Assembly: GCA_963737155.1 (NCBI GenBank)
Contig: CAVTRN010000002.1
Span: forward strand, 160,001-224,000
Source: Nitrospirota bacterium
GTDB taxonomy: Bacteria; Nitrospirota; UBA9217
Reading direction: 5' to 3'
Length of the DNA stretch: 64,000 nt
Under the pieces are notes generated by a model. That model was not told the origin of the DNA and searched no databases. It worked only from the letters and a program-made list of their open reading frames with translations. Numbering within the stretch: position 1 is the first letter of the stretch; every line of letters begins with the position of its first letter. Positions 20,770 to 30,902 of the stretch are shown here, piece by piece. The translations under genes and the position numbers were made by a program.

Positions 20770-21849
20770 ATGACCGACTCAGGCAAAAAGAAATTATCTT
20801 TCATCGATCGTTTTCTGACTTTGTGGATCTTTGCTGCAATGGCCATTGGGGTTGGGCTGGGGTATTTCGTTCCTGGCACTGGGAAACTGATTAATAGCTT
20901 TCAGGTCGGCACTACGAACATTCCTATCGCCATCGGACTTGTCCTGATGATGTATCCCCCGCTTGCCAAAGTTAAGTACGAAGAACTGGGCGAGGTCTTC
21001 CGGAACAAAAAGATTCTGATCCTATCACTCGTCCAGAACTGGATTATCGGTCCGGTCCTGATGTTTGTTCTTGCTATCATATTCCTTCGGGGCTATCCCG
21101 ACTATATGGTAGGCCTCATCATGATCGGGCTTGCCCGCTGCATCGCCATGGTCATAGTATGGAACGAGCTCGCCTGCGGCGATTCCGAGTACGCGGCTGG
21201 ACTCGTGGCGTTCAATTCCGTATTTCAAGTCCTCTTCTTCTCGGTTTACGCATATGTCTTCATAACCGTTCTGCCCGCCTGGTTCGGACTCAAGGGCGTC
21301 GTAGTCAATGTTACCATCGGCCAGATTGCACAAAGCGTCTTTATCTATCTCGGAATACCCTTCATTGCCGGAATGCTGACACGGTTCAGCCTCATGAGGG
21401 TCAAGGGACGACAATGGTACGAACAATCATTCATCCCCAAGATCAGCCCTTTTACTCTCGTATTTCTCCTATTCACCATTGTTGTCATGTTCTCGCTCAA
21501 AGGCAGTTATATTATCAGGCTTCCGCTTGATGTCATCCGGATCGCAGTCCCACTGCTTATCTATTTCGTTGTCATGTTTCTGGTCTCGTTCTATCTCGGG
21601 AAAAAGATCGGTGCAGACTATCCAAAGACAGCGACGCTTTCTTTCACAGCTGCAAGCAACAACTTCGAGCTCGCCATCGCTGTTGCCGTGGCTGTTTTCG
21701 GGATCAATTCTGGATCGGCCTTTGCCGCCGTCATTGGTCCCCTGGTAGAAGTTCCTGTGCTGATCGGTCTCGTGAATGTCGCCCGGTATTTTCAAAAGAG
21801 ATATTTCACGCTCGCATACTGCCGGGTAAACTCAACGACGCCAATGTAG
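20770..21849 (+). CDS. acr3: Acr3-family arsenite efflux pump
   Basis: [39 protein letters not shown] and GPLVEVPVL motifs. Confidence 0.97.
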   Translation: MTDSGKKKLSFIDRFLTLWIFAAMAIGVGLGYFVPGTGKLINSFQVGTTNIPIAIGLVLMMYPPLAKVKYEELGEVFRNKKILILSLVQNWIIGPVLMFVLAIIFLRGYPDYMVGLIMIGLARCIAMVIVWNELACGDSEYAAGLVAFNSVFQVLFFSVYAYVFITVLPAWFGLKGVVVNVTIGQIAQSVFIYLGIPFIAGMLTRFSLMRVKGRQWYEQSFIPKISPFTLVFLLFTIVVMFSLKGSYIIRLPLDVIRIAVPLLIYFVVMFLVSFYLGKKIGADYPKTATLSFTAASNNFELAIAVAVAVFGINSGSAFAAVIGPLVEVPVLIGLVNVARYFQKRYFTLAYCRVNSTTPM

Positions 21850-22032
21850 TAACGGTTCAGGCTAAATAATTGAGGAAAGGGGTCAATCCCGAGCTTATCA
21901 TCGGGTACCGTCATTCCGCCGAAGGACTGACTGGTACGATAAAAGAGGTTGAATTGCACGGGTCAGGTCTTTACATATAATAATTATAGAAGCTAACCCG
22001 TCGCCTAACGCTGTATATAGGGAGGTAATGAC

Positions 22033-22683
22033 ATGAAAGTACGACACAGCATTTTAATTGCGTTATTATTGCCGGTTCTTATGGTAATGAGTATTGTCAG
22101 CGCAGGCAGCGGCGCAAGCAACGATAACTCAATCAGGCTACCCATGACCGGTCAGACGACTTGCTATGACAGCTCAGGCATCGTAATATCCTGTGCTAAT
22201 ACAGGGCAAGATGGAGACCTGCAAAAAGGCGTTGCTTGGCCCAATCCGCGTTTTACCGCGAACGCTGATGCCACGATTACCGACAATCTTACAGGGCTTG
22301 TCTGGGCGCCCAATGGCAATCTCATGCAGACAAGAGATTCTGGTTGGAAACAGTACCGGACATTCGTCGGAGCGGTTACATGGCAGTATGCCCTTGATTA
22401 TGTTGCAAAGCTGAATGCTGAAAATTATCTTGGGCATAACGACTGGCGTTTGCCGAACTTAAAAGAACTCGGAAGCCTTGTCAATAATGCCCAGCTCGAT
22501 ACCGCCGAGTGGCTGAATAGCCAAGGATTCACCAATGTACAGGCTGGGGACTTCTATTGGTCATCTACCTCGTATGCCAACGATGCCGTCAAGGCATGGG
22601 TCGTCGACATGACCTACGGCAACCTGCACTACCTCAATAAGGCAAATGACCACTTTGTATGGCCTGTACGTGGGGGACAGTAG
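22033..22683 (+). CDS. Secreted DUF1566 (Lcl C-terminal) domain protein
   Basis: Signal peptide, TGQTTCY, DNLTGLVW, GHNDWRLPN.KEL.SL, YWSST and WPVR motifs. Confidence 0.92.
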   Translation: MKVRHSILIALLLPVLMVMSIVSAGSGASNDNSIRLPMTGQTTCYDSSGIVISCANTGQDGDLQKGVAWPNPRFTANADATITDNLTGLVWAPNGNLMQTRDSGWKQYRTFVGAVTWQYALDYVAKLNAENYLGHNDWRLPNLKELGSLVNNAQLDTAEWLNSQGFTNVQAGDFYWSSTSYANDAVKAWVVDMTYGNLHYLNKANDHFVWPVRGGQ

Positions 22684-22923
22684 CTATTCGAACATTTGAG
22701 AGTTTGTACGGGGCGCCGGGGCGCCTGCCGGCTTTAGTGCGCCGGACATTCGCTTTATCGATGACCCTTGGGGGGCCCCTCACTAACAGGCCTTTCCTGC
22801 TACTCTTTCATCTATCTGATTTCTTGTATTAAAAGAAGTCAGTATCCCCTCTTCACCTTCTAACAGTTTCACCGGGGGGATAAAAAAAGGGCTACAGCAG
22901 TTGCTGTAACCCTAAGAATTGAT

Positions 22924-22969
22924 TGGTAGCGGGGGCCGGATCTGAACCGACGACCTTCGGGTTATGAGC
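22924..22969 (-). pseudogene. 3' half of tRNA-Met(CAU); att-site-like remnant
   Basis: Minus strand reads GCTCATAACCCGAAGGTCGTCGGTTCAGATCCGGCCCCCGCTACCA. The 5' half is absent. A hairpin follows at 22888-22913. Confidence 0.8.
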
Positions 22970-23105
22970 TCTTTGTGAAACTCTACATCCTTTTAATTAC
23001 AATAAGTTTTAGTTTTTTGAACCAGTGAAATACCGTTCCTAAAAACATAGTATTTTATTTCTCATAACTATGACGGCAGCCGAACAGTGCTGCTGCCGGT
23101 TAACG

Positions 23106-24477
23106 TCAGGGATTCCCGCCCTGATTCGCCCAAGTCCCGTTGTTTGCTGATCGGGATTGCTTCCGGTGCCTTTTCAGTAAGACTGCTACTGGCAGGTGGC
23201 CCGGAGAATTGCGCTGTCGACGGGATGATGGCTTCTTCTGCAATTCAGCGCAGCCTGGGGAGTCCTGTAAGGACCGTCGTTGATAGAGACTGTGATGATT
23301 GCCACAACCTCCCCGAGTCTTCATCTTGCTCCAAAACTTCCAGACGTGCTCCTCTCGATTCCTTGCAGGTAGAGGGGAGGCGGTTCTGCTTGGTATGGGA
23401 GACTCGGAATATCCTTGAACTCTTCTCGCGATCGCAAGCGCCGCTGCTTCATGCGGCGAGATGCCATGAAAAGACATATAATTGTTTCTGCCGATAGCGG
23501 ATGTGTAAGCAGGATTCACGGAGAGCACACCGACGCCTGCCTTATATGCTCTGCGGTCAAGCATGTTTAAAAAGGTGGAATAGGCGAACCCGGATAGCAT
23601 CCGCGCATACGTTACTCCCTGTTCTTTAAGAGATGCTTTCTTCTTTTCGAAGTCAAGAGTTTCATGAGCGACGGGTTTCCCTGTTTTAATTGACCGGTCG
23701 ATAATGCCGACGCAGATATCACCGTAAGTTGCCTCGGTCTGTTCCGTGGTTCTGTCTTTTATACATGCAGCATACGTTGTGTGCCAGACAAAATTGCCGA
23801 ACCGGTCAGTACGATCCCAGACAAAACGATGAAGAGCTTCGGGCAGCCTTCCAGGCAGACAGCCAGTTATTGTGGGATTTATAACCGTTTTCAGAAAGGC
23901 TAAACTGCTTGTAGAAAAGTTTTTTCGTCCCAAAGCAAATCCTGATTCGGCCTTTGTCCAAATCGTATTTCAGTTTTTCGAGTTTTTGCTCCGATGAATG
24001 GAGCTTCCGTTTTTTGTTATGGACCGCAAACCGGAGAGACTTCACCCTGGGCGTTTTCTCATGTCCGGACAATTTTTCGTCTTTGCGTATGTCAATGACA
24101 TTGTTCTCTTTGGTTCTAATCCATTTTCGCACAGATTTTATTTTTTGTTCGAGCTTTCCAACCCGCAGTTTCAATATCTCAACCGCGGAACTGATATTGC
24201 CGTCAAGATCGTAGCGGATAGCGTTAAACTGCCGGGCGGTAATACCATACTTAACAAGATACTCATTTTTGAATGAAATGGGTTTGTTGCCGGAACGAAC
24301 GCTGTCTTTAAAGAGAGAGCGTTTGATGTGCCCGTATGAGTCGCCGATATCGTCAAGAACATGATAAAGAGACTTCTTTGTGTCCAGGTAAGACATGTCA
24401 ATCAGCAAAGTTTGAGCGGTAAAAGAAAGTGTTTCACTTTTGCCGCTCTTGCCCATTTTATCCTTATTACTTGCCAT
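23106..24477 (-). pseudogene. tnpB: IS607 TnpB, internally deleted and frameshifted
   Basis: N-terminal part GITARQFNAI...ICFGTKKLF...FCLGS joins out of frame to DRFGN...ETLDF...LSGFAYS...VNPAYTS.IG. The RuvC-I Asp segment is missing. Confidence 0.82.
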
Positions 24478-25033
24478 TTTCCATGGCCTCCAGAGCTTTT
24501 TTTGCTTTATTGGCCGCTGACCGGCGTCCGTAGAGCCTTGCGCAAAACGATGTCAATACTTCAATCATGTCCTGCACCAGATCGTCCTTTAGCTCGGTCT
24601 GGTCTACAATAATAAGTTGACGACCTTGAGCTCGAAGTGCCGATTCTACATACTCAGACCCAAACCGCATAAGCCGGTCACGATGCAAGGCGACAATAAT
24701 ACTGACGTTGGAGTCGGCAAGCAGCTTCATGAGTTTTGGCCTGTGCCCATTAAGACCAGATCCAACCTCAGACACCGCTTTTGAAACTGACAACCCTTTG
24801 GAAGCGGCATATACGGAAAGCCGCCCGAGCTGCCCGTCCAGGTCTTTCTTTTGGTCATGACTGGATACCCGGGCATAAATAGCAACAGAACCTTGGGCAG
24901 TTTTCTGCTCTTTTATAATGATGGTTCCGGTAGGCATCTGCTCAGCCTCAACCGGCAGCTTGCCAGCCTTCCACCATTTCCATGCCGCTTGATAGGTTAT
25001 ACCTTGTTGCTTTGCCCATACGCTTAGCTTCAT
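24467..25033 (-). CDS. tnpA: IS607 serine recombinase TnpA
   Basis: MKLS.WAK..GI.Y N-terminal HTH, YARVSS.DQK.DL, E.GSGLN, RDRL.RFG and SFCARLYG motifs. Confidence 0.95.
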   Translation of the reverse strand: MKLSVWAKQQGITYQAAWKWWKAGKLPVEAEQMPTGTIIIKEQKTAQGSVAIYARVSSHDQKKDLDGQLGRLSVYAASKGLSVSKAVSEVGSGLNGHRPKLMKLLADSNVSIIVALHRDRLMRFGSEYVESALRAQGRQLIIVDQTELKDDLVQDMIEVLTSFCARLYGRRSAANKAKKALEAMENGK

Positions 25034-25349
25034 AAATACATTATATCATATAAAATTATATTATACAATATAAATATTAACAGTATTCCACCCTCTTTTC
25101 GACCAGCAACTCTTGCACCATGGATCATCGGGCGTAACGCCAAAAATTATTTGTCAGGTATGCTCTCGCCGATTATGATATTGTATAATATTAACATTTA
25201 CACCGGCTAAACCGTCATGAACGACTTTTCTTCAACAACGCAGGTTTTCTGATTGCGGAACCCCTGAGCCGGACTTTAATGTCATTGCCGCTTTTCCGTA
25301 TCGTCCCCGACCGAGAGGCGGCACACTGCAAGGGGAAGTTACTATCGAC

Positions 25350-26036
25350 GTGAACACAGAGAATCAGACGATCCCTGACGCGAATGAGTGCGTGATCCTC
25401 CTGCATGGTCTGGGCCGCTTCAGACAGTCCATGCGCAGGATCGACAAGCATCTGAAAAGTCTTGGCTATACAACCATCAACCTCGCCTATCCTTCAACGA
25501 CCAAATCGATCGAGACAATCGCCGAAACTCACCTTGCACGCGCTGTGCGGAGCTGTGAGACCGATGGATCGAGGAAAATCCATTTCGTCGGGCATTCCCT
25601 GGGCGGCCTCATCGTACGTCAGTACCTGCAGAGGCATTCGGTGCCCGCCGGCAGTAGGTTCGTGATGATCTCCTCGCCGAACCAGGGGAGCGAACTCGTC
25701 GACCTACTCCTGCATGTTCCCCTATACCGGTGGGTAACCGGTCCGGCCGGCCAGGAGATAGGAAGAGGACCGGAGTCCGTAGTCCATCGCTTGAAGCCGG
25801 TAGAGGTCGAGATAGGCGTGATAGCGGGAAACCGCAGCATGAACCTACTGGTCTCCATCTTCATGGACGAGCCAGGCGATGGTATGGTTTCGGTGAAAAG
25901 CACCATGCTCCCGGAGATGCGTGACTTCATCGTAGTCCCAAGCACCCACACGTTTATCATGAATAATCCACTCGTAATGAGGCAGGTCGCGAATTTTTTC
26001 AAGTACGGGAGGTTCGACCATAGCAGGACAGGATGA
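25350..26036 (+). CDS. Alpha/beta hydrolase (lipase/esterase-like)
   Basis: LLHGLGR, GHSLGG nucleophile elbow, DGMVSV and HTFIM motifs. Confidence 0.9.
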   Translation: MNTENQTIPDANECVILLHGLGRFRQSMRRIDKHLKSLGYTTINLAYPSTTKSIETIAETHLARAVRSCETDGSRKIHFVGHSLGGLIVRQYLQRHSVPAGSRFVMISSPNQGSELVDLLLHVPLYRWVTGPAGQEIGRGPESVVHRLKPVEVEIGVIAGNRSMNLLVSIFMDEPGDGMVSVKSTMLPEMRDFIVVPSTHTFIMNNPLVMRQVANFFKYGRFDHSRTG

Positions 26037-26242
26037 GCAAGACTGCAAGCCGGGCTGAAGGAGGATAAGCCTCGGATTTGTTCCTCGCTCTGTCTGCGGC
26101 ATGCTTCTCATCTCTCCGAGTGCTCAATCCTTTTATCAATCCTTGGCGCCAACCTCCCTAACCCGGACAAGCCGGAACCAAGAGGTTTTATAAAAACCAT
26201 GATACAATGAAGGCTCTACTCATTGTAGTCATGGAGGTTGCT

Positions 26243-27751
26243 ATGATGATTCCTGAACGCTACCAAGATAAAATAGCCGGTTCACTATCCTGCTATGACC
26301 GCATGATCATGCAGGGCACGCTGCCCGGCTGGTGCTTCGATAAGGGGATGACGGCATTCCTCTATGCCCGACAGATCAAGATTTTCGATTATGCCCAGTT
26401 CGCCAAAGCGCTTCAGGAAAAAGTCCGGGAGAACGCTGAGGGCCTCGCGAATGAGAACAGCATTGAGATCGAGTTCATCCGCAAGCTGGGTGCGTTCCGT
26501 AAAGAGGCTCGGATCAAAGAAATCATCAAAGCGCGTGGCGAGCAACCCGGCCTTGTTCATATCTTCTCGGCCATGGAAGCCTGCACCAGCTACAAACCCT
26601 GGCACGACAAAAACACCGGCAAGACCTTTCTCAAGTATGATTCCGGAAAGTGTCTCCACTATTACTTCTACTTCATCGACAAGACGTTCGGCCTGTGCTA
26701 CCTCCGCGTTCCCACCTGGGCACCGTTCCGGCTCCAGTTCTATATGAACGGCCACAACTGGCTGGCGGCGAAATTGGCAAAAAAGAAAATCCCCTATGTT
26801 CTTCGGGAGAACGCGTTTCTCTCTATCGATAATTTTCCCAAAGCCCAGGAGCTTTCTGACAGCATCAAGGTGTCGGACTTACACCATGCACTGGACAGAT
26901 TCGCTAAACAATACTGCCCGGTCGGTAACGGGTACGGACTTACCTACCACTGGAGCACTATGCAGGTGGAATATGCCACCGACATCGTTTTCAAGAAGCA
27001 ATCGGACCTGCACACGTTGTATGAGCAAATCGTTCGAACCGCCATTCACTCCGTGAAACCGGAGAATATCGCGACCTTTCTGGGTCGGAAGCTCCACGGC
27101 AATTATCAAGGCGAAATGGGCAACAACTTCAACACCCGAATTCAGGGAACACGGATCAAGCACCATATGGGCGCTTCATCCATCAAGATGTACGACAAGT
27201 TCGGCAGCATCCTCCGGATTGAGACCACGACCAACGACGTCTCGGAGTTCAAGCACTATCGGGAAGTCCAGTCGCGGATCGGAGATCCTGTCCACAAGAA
27301 CGCACCCATGAAGAAGAACATCTACAGCCTGTTTGACCTTACGGCGATCTTCAAGGCCTCGAACCGCCGTTATCTTGAGTTCATCTCCACGTTCGACGAC
27401 CAAAGCGCGGGAATCAATAACCTTGATAAAATTTCAAAGACCGTGGAAACAGGCGACCGTTCCTACAAGGGCTTCAATCTCTTCAGCGACGATGATCTCA
27501 AACTGTTCGAGGTTCTCGCCCGCGGCGAGTTCAACATCAACGGACTTCAGAATAAATCTCTACGAAAACAGCTGCCATCCGTGACGAGCAGTACCATGAC
27601 GAGAATTCTGAAACGGCTTCACGTCCACGGCATTATTCGGAAAGTCGGAAAAACATACAAGTACTACGTTTCAAAACTCGGTAAGGCTGTTATCGCTGCG
27701 GGATTGACCATCCGAAATATGTCTGTAATCCCGCAACTGGCGCATGTTTAA
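26243..27751 (+). CDS. Putative transposase of an unclassified family (Rep-like core plus C-terminal winged helix)
   Basis: 502-aa ORF with GGAGG RBS and motifs KCLHYYFYFID..FG..YLRVPTW.PF.LQ.Y.NGH.WL, QVEYATD and SIKMYDKFG..LRIETT. C-terminal wHTH (..L.RL.VHGII.KV..TY.YY). Confidence 0.7.
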   Translation: MMIPERYQDKIAGSLSCYDRMIMQGTLPGWCFDKGMTAFLYARQIKIFDYAQFAKALQEKVRENAEGLANENSIEIEFIRKLGAFRKEARIKEIIKARGEQPGLVHIFSAMEACTSYKPWHDKNTGKTFLKYDSGKCLHYYFYFIDKTFGLCYLRVPTWAPFRLQFYMNGHNWLAAKLAKKKIPYVLRENAFLSIDNFPKAQELSDSIKVSDLHHALDRFAKQYCPVGNGYGLTYHWSTMQVEYATDIVFKKQSDLHTLYEQIVRTAIHSVKPENIATFLGRKLHGNYQGEMGNNFNTRIQGTRIKHHMGASSIKMYDKFGSILRIETTTNDVSEFKHYREVQSRIGDPVHKNAPMKKNIYSLFDLTAIFKASNRRYLEFISTFDDQSAGINNLDKISKTVETGDRSYKGFNLFSDDDLKLFEVLARGEFNINGLQNKSLRKQLPSVTSSTMTRILKRLHVHGIIRKVGKTYKYYVSKLGKAVIAAGLTIRNMSVIPQLAHV

Positions 27752-28140
27752 TGCATATTCACCAAATTGTTCTACCCATTTTGAGAAGCTTTTGATTCTT
27801 TAGTTACTAATCCCTGTTTTTGCCTCCGATATTCTGCACCGAAGTACTGCGGCTCTTTTGCCGAACAGTCGAAACCGGAAAGAGTGCACATTTCACGAAG
27901 AAGGTGCCAAAGAAGTAATCGGAAGCGTAGGGAATCGCATAGAGTAGTGCTTGCCCTGAGCTTTGTATATTGGGTGATGAGATAGGGTGCGACCAGAAAC
28001 CGGAAAAAGACGATATACGCGATTATGCCGTTGTCGATTATGCACTGCCAAATTCGTGACTATAGCAAAGAATTCCGGTTGAATTATCCATTGGAAAAAA
28101 CCACTATAACCACAGTTATGAATAACCCGCAACCGGTTGA

Positions 28141-29445
28141 TTAGAACGAAAGCACCTTCCCCATAAAGAGTATCAGGCCAGTTTGTTTTTCCCGAATAAA
28201 AAATATATAGGGATGATCGATCATAAGCGTCAGTTGAGGCAGCGGCACGCTCGTCGTACTCACCGAGATGCCGGTCGCGGCTGCTGCCTCTGTCCCGGAC
28301 TCGTCCACGCTGATAAAGGTTTGATGGAAGACACCGCTGATAAATAGGTCGTGGTTCCCGTCAATGCCGGAGAAGTCCGCGGTAGCCGGATTGAATGCGT
28401 CGGTCATGCCCAGAGAACTCAAAATAGGAACCATGCTTGCGGTGTAAGTAAAGGTGAATTTCGGGAGAGAAAGATCTACTTCCTGAGCGGCCAACTGACT
28501 GGTAATGTCACCCAGTATGGTCGGCGTAAGCGAGGATAGAAACGCATCGAACGTATCGGGATCCGGCATGATCATGAGCATCGAAAAATTGTTTCCGGCA
28601 TAGGGGATATCGACAGCCTGACATCCATCTGCCTGCGCATAAGACACCATAAAAGTTTGGCGCATAAAGGGAACCGATGATGTGGAACTGTTCTGATTGA
28701 AAAAGGACTGATTCGTCGTGCTCGCTTCCGAAAACGGTGACGCCCAGTTTGCCTTGAACCATAGGGCGTTCGTAAGAACGACGCGGGTATTGGGTGTTAC
28801 GCCTCCCTCGGGGATCAGGTTCTGGATCCTGTTATTCGTTTGGCTTTCCACCCATGCGTTGATCGTACTTCGCGCGTCCTCCGTCGCGTTGATGAAGTCA
28901 GCGAGATAAATGCCCGCACCGTAATTTACCGCGAGGGTGTCCAAATATGCCGGGAGAATGGGAAAACCCACTTGTCCCCAGATTGCATTGGCGTTCCTGA
29001 GCATGGGGAGTTGAGCGCCGGTTGAGGTAATGGAACCTGTGCCCTCGCTCGTGATCAATAGGTCGAGCTCATTTAGGGCCATGTTAAGGCGGTCTTGGGG
29101 AAGAGAAAACGACAGCGCCTGTTCGATCCCGCTTAAAGTATTCCCGCCAGCGCCCGGCGCTGCAAGAGCAAAGGCCTGGGTTATGCTATACGGAGAGAAA
29201 GCGGTATTGCTGTTTCCGCTCGGGTCGAGAAGGGGGAAAACCTTAAGTGCGAAATCCGTGTTGCCCGCTATGACCGCCGTGAAGTCCTCGCCAGGTACTT
29301 GCGGGTTCGTGTCACGCGCCAGGGACGACTGCGCAATCTGATATTGCGGCGGCTGCGTATTGTTTCCGGATTTACTGCACGCTATTGCGAGACCAAGCAG
29401 GCAGAAGGAAAAGAACCGTAAATTAGAGATAATTTTACTACACAT
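28141..29445 (-). CDS. Serpin (serine protease inhibitor), lipoprotein
   Basis: Lipobox LAIAC, FSPYSI, NALWFKANW..PF, hinge VDESGTEAAAAT and DHPYIFFIRE...ILFMGKV. Confidence 0.96.
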   Translation of the reverse strand: MCSKIISNLRFFSFCLLGLAIACSKSGNNTQPPQYQIAQSSLARDTNPQVPGEDFTAVIAGNTDFALKVFPLLDPSGNSNTAFSPYSITQAFALAAPGAGGNTLSGIEQALSFSLPQDRLNMALNELDLLITSEGTGSITSTGAQLPMLRNANAIWGQVGFPILPAYLDTLAVNYGAGIYLADFINATEDARSTINAWVESQTNNRIQNLIPEGGVTPNTRVVLTNALWFKANWASPFSEASTTNQSFFNQNSSTSSVPFMRQTFMVSYAQADGCQAVDIPYAGNNFSMLMIMPDPDTFDAFLSSLTPTILGDITSQLAAQEVDLSLPKFTFTYTASMVPILSSLGMTDAFNPATADFSGIDGNHDLFISGVFHQTFISVDESGTEAAAATGISVSTTSVPLPQLTLMIDHPYIFFIREKQTGLILFMGKVLSF

Positions 29446-29852
29446 GCAGTCGCCTTCCCGCGGGAGTTTAGCTTTTTCTAGAACTATTTATATATTGGCA
29501 AAGCTTTGTAGTGTTGTCAAGTTCAAGGACTTGCAACTATGCACTTTATTTCATCCGCGAGTAATCTGAAAAGTGTACTTTGAATAAAATGTGACATGCA
29601 GCTGGAAGGGGTTCTTGAGGGGGATGTAAGAACACTTGGGGCACGACATTGTATGAATATCAAAGTGTGCTATGCAATTTTCATAGGGCACAATTGTCGC
29701 CCAGTGCGGGAAGGAACGTTGACCAAAACTTCGAATAAAATTCTTCACTTTTTTGTCAGGTCTGGCTGTCCGAACTTCACCTACAGTCCGCAATATCGAT
29801 AAAGCGAAACAACTATCAAGTTCTGTTTGAAATATGCATCCGAATTGATTTT

Positions 29853-30260
29853 TCACCTATCAAGTGCTTTGGCATCTATCCAACGGTCTAAAATGCGTTC
29901 TAAACCTTTCTTGAATTGATCGAGGTCTGTTGCCTTATGCAGAAAACCGTCAGCCCCGGCCTTTACAGCTTTCTGTTCGTCCGAATCCAAATTTGAGTTC
30001 GTGACCATGACCACCGGGATACTGCGCAAACTCTCGTCGTCACGTATGTTGCGTAATACTTCGATACCGTCCATCCGGGGCATTTTCAGGTCGAGCAGGA
30101 TCAGCTTTGGCGGAGTTCTCTCTCTCCGGATGAGCGTGAGGCCAGTTTCACCACTTAAGGCGACTTGCAACCTGAAAGCCCGCCCGGTCTTCGATAGGGC
30201 CAATTTTGTTATGATGATATCGTCCTCGCTATCATCTATGATAAGGATTGTTGGTTGCAT
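29853..30260 (-). CDS. Single-domain response regulator (Rcp1-like)
   Basis: IDDSEDD...LLDLKMPRMDG.EVL...IPVVMVT.S pattern. Confidence 0.9.
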   Translation of the reverse strand: MQPTILIIDDSEDDIIITKLALSKTGRAFRLQVALSGETGLTLIRRERTPPKLILLDLKMPRMDGIEVLRNIRDDESLRSIPVVMVTNSNLDSDEQKAVKAGADGFLHKATDLDQFKKGLERILDRWIDAKALDR

Positions 30261-30902
30261 AATAATTTCCTTTGGCTGAGGACTGTAGATTGGCTGCAAA
30301 AATATCGGCAGATTGCTTCCTGTTAGGCCGCTTTATCCAGTTTGTAGGTTTTGAAGAATTTTCTCACGTAGTTTGCAATCACATCGCAGGCCTCTTCAAG
30401 GGCGAAATGCCCTGTAGCGAGCATATGCACTTCGATGTTCCTAAGGTCACGCATGTAGGCTTTCGCGCCCTGAGGACTGAAGATTTTGTCATTTTTCCCC
30501 CATACGACAAGTGTTGGCGGCTGGTGATTTCTGAAATAGTTATGCCATTCAGGATAACGTTTCACGTTGGAGCCGAAGTCCGACCGCAGCTCGAGCTGAA
30601 TAAGTTTGTTGCCGGGCCTTTCCAGAAAATACTGATCCATATTCCAGGCATCGGGGCTAATCCTGCTCATGTCACGCACTCCGTTGCTGTATATCCACTT
30701 GGTACTCTCCATCTTGAAGGTCTTAAGCACAGGCCATTCGTTAGCTCTCGTCCTCTTTTCCCATAGTGGACTCCTGCTCTTAACCAAAGGTGTCAGCCCC
30801 TCTTCGTAGGCGTTGGTATTTTGGATGATGAGCGATTCGATCCGCTCTGGATGCTTCTCGGCAATCCTGAAGCCTACAGGCCCGCCATAATCCTGCATAT
30901 AA

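Larger units (their letters stand above)
23033..25089 (-). mobile_element. IS607-family element (tnpA plus broken tnpB)
   Basis: Serine recombinase overlapping tnpB. Inferred ends GG-AATACTG... and ...TTTAGGAAC-GG fit GG-core insertion; the ends are inferred, not proven. Confidence 0.8.

Noticed and set aside
22924-22969. Functional tRNA genes (also 43593-43639 and 44594-44648)
   Set aside because: The acceptor 5' strand and D arm are missing, so they are reported as fragments only.
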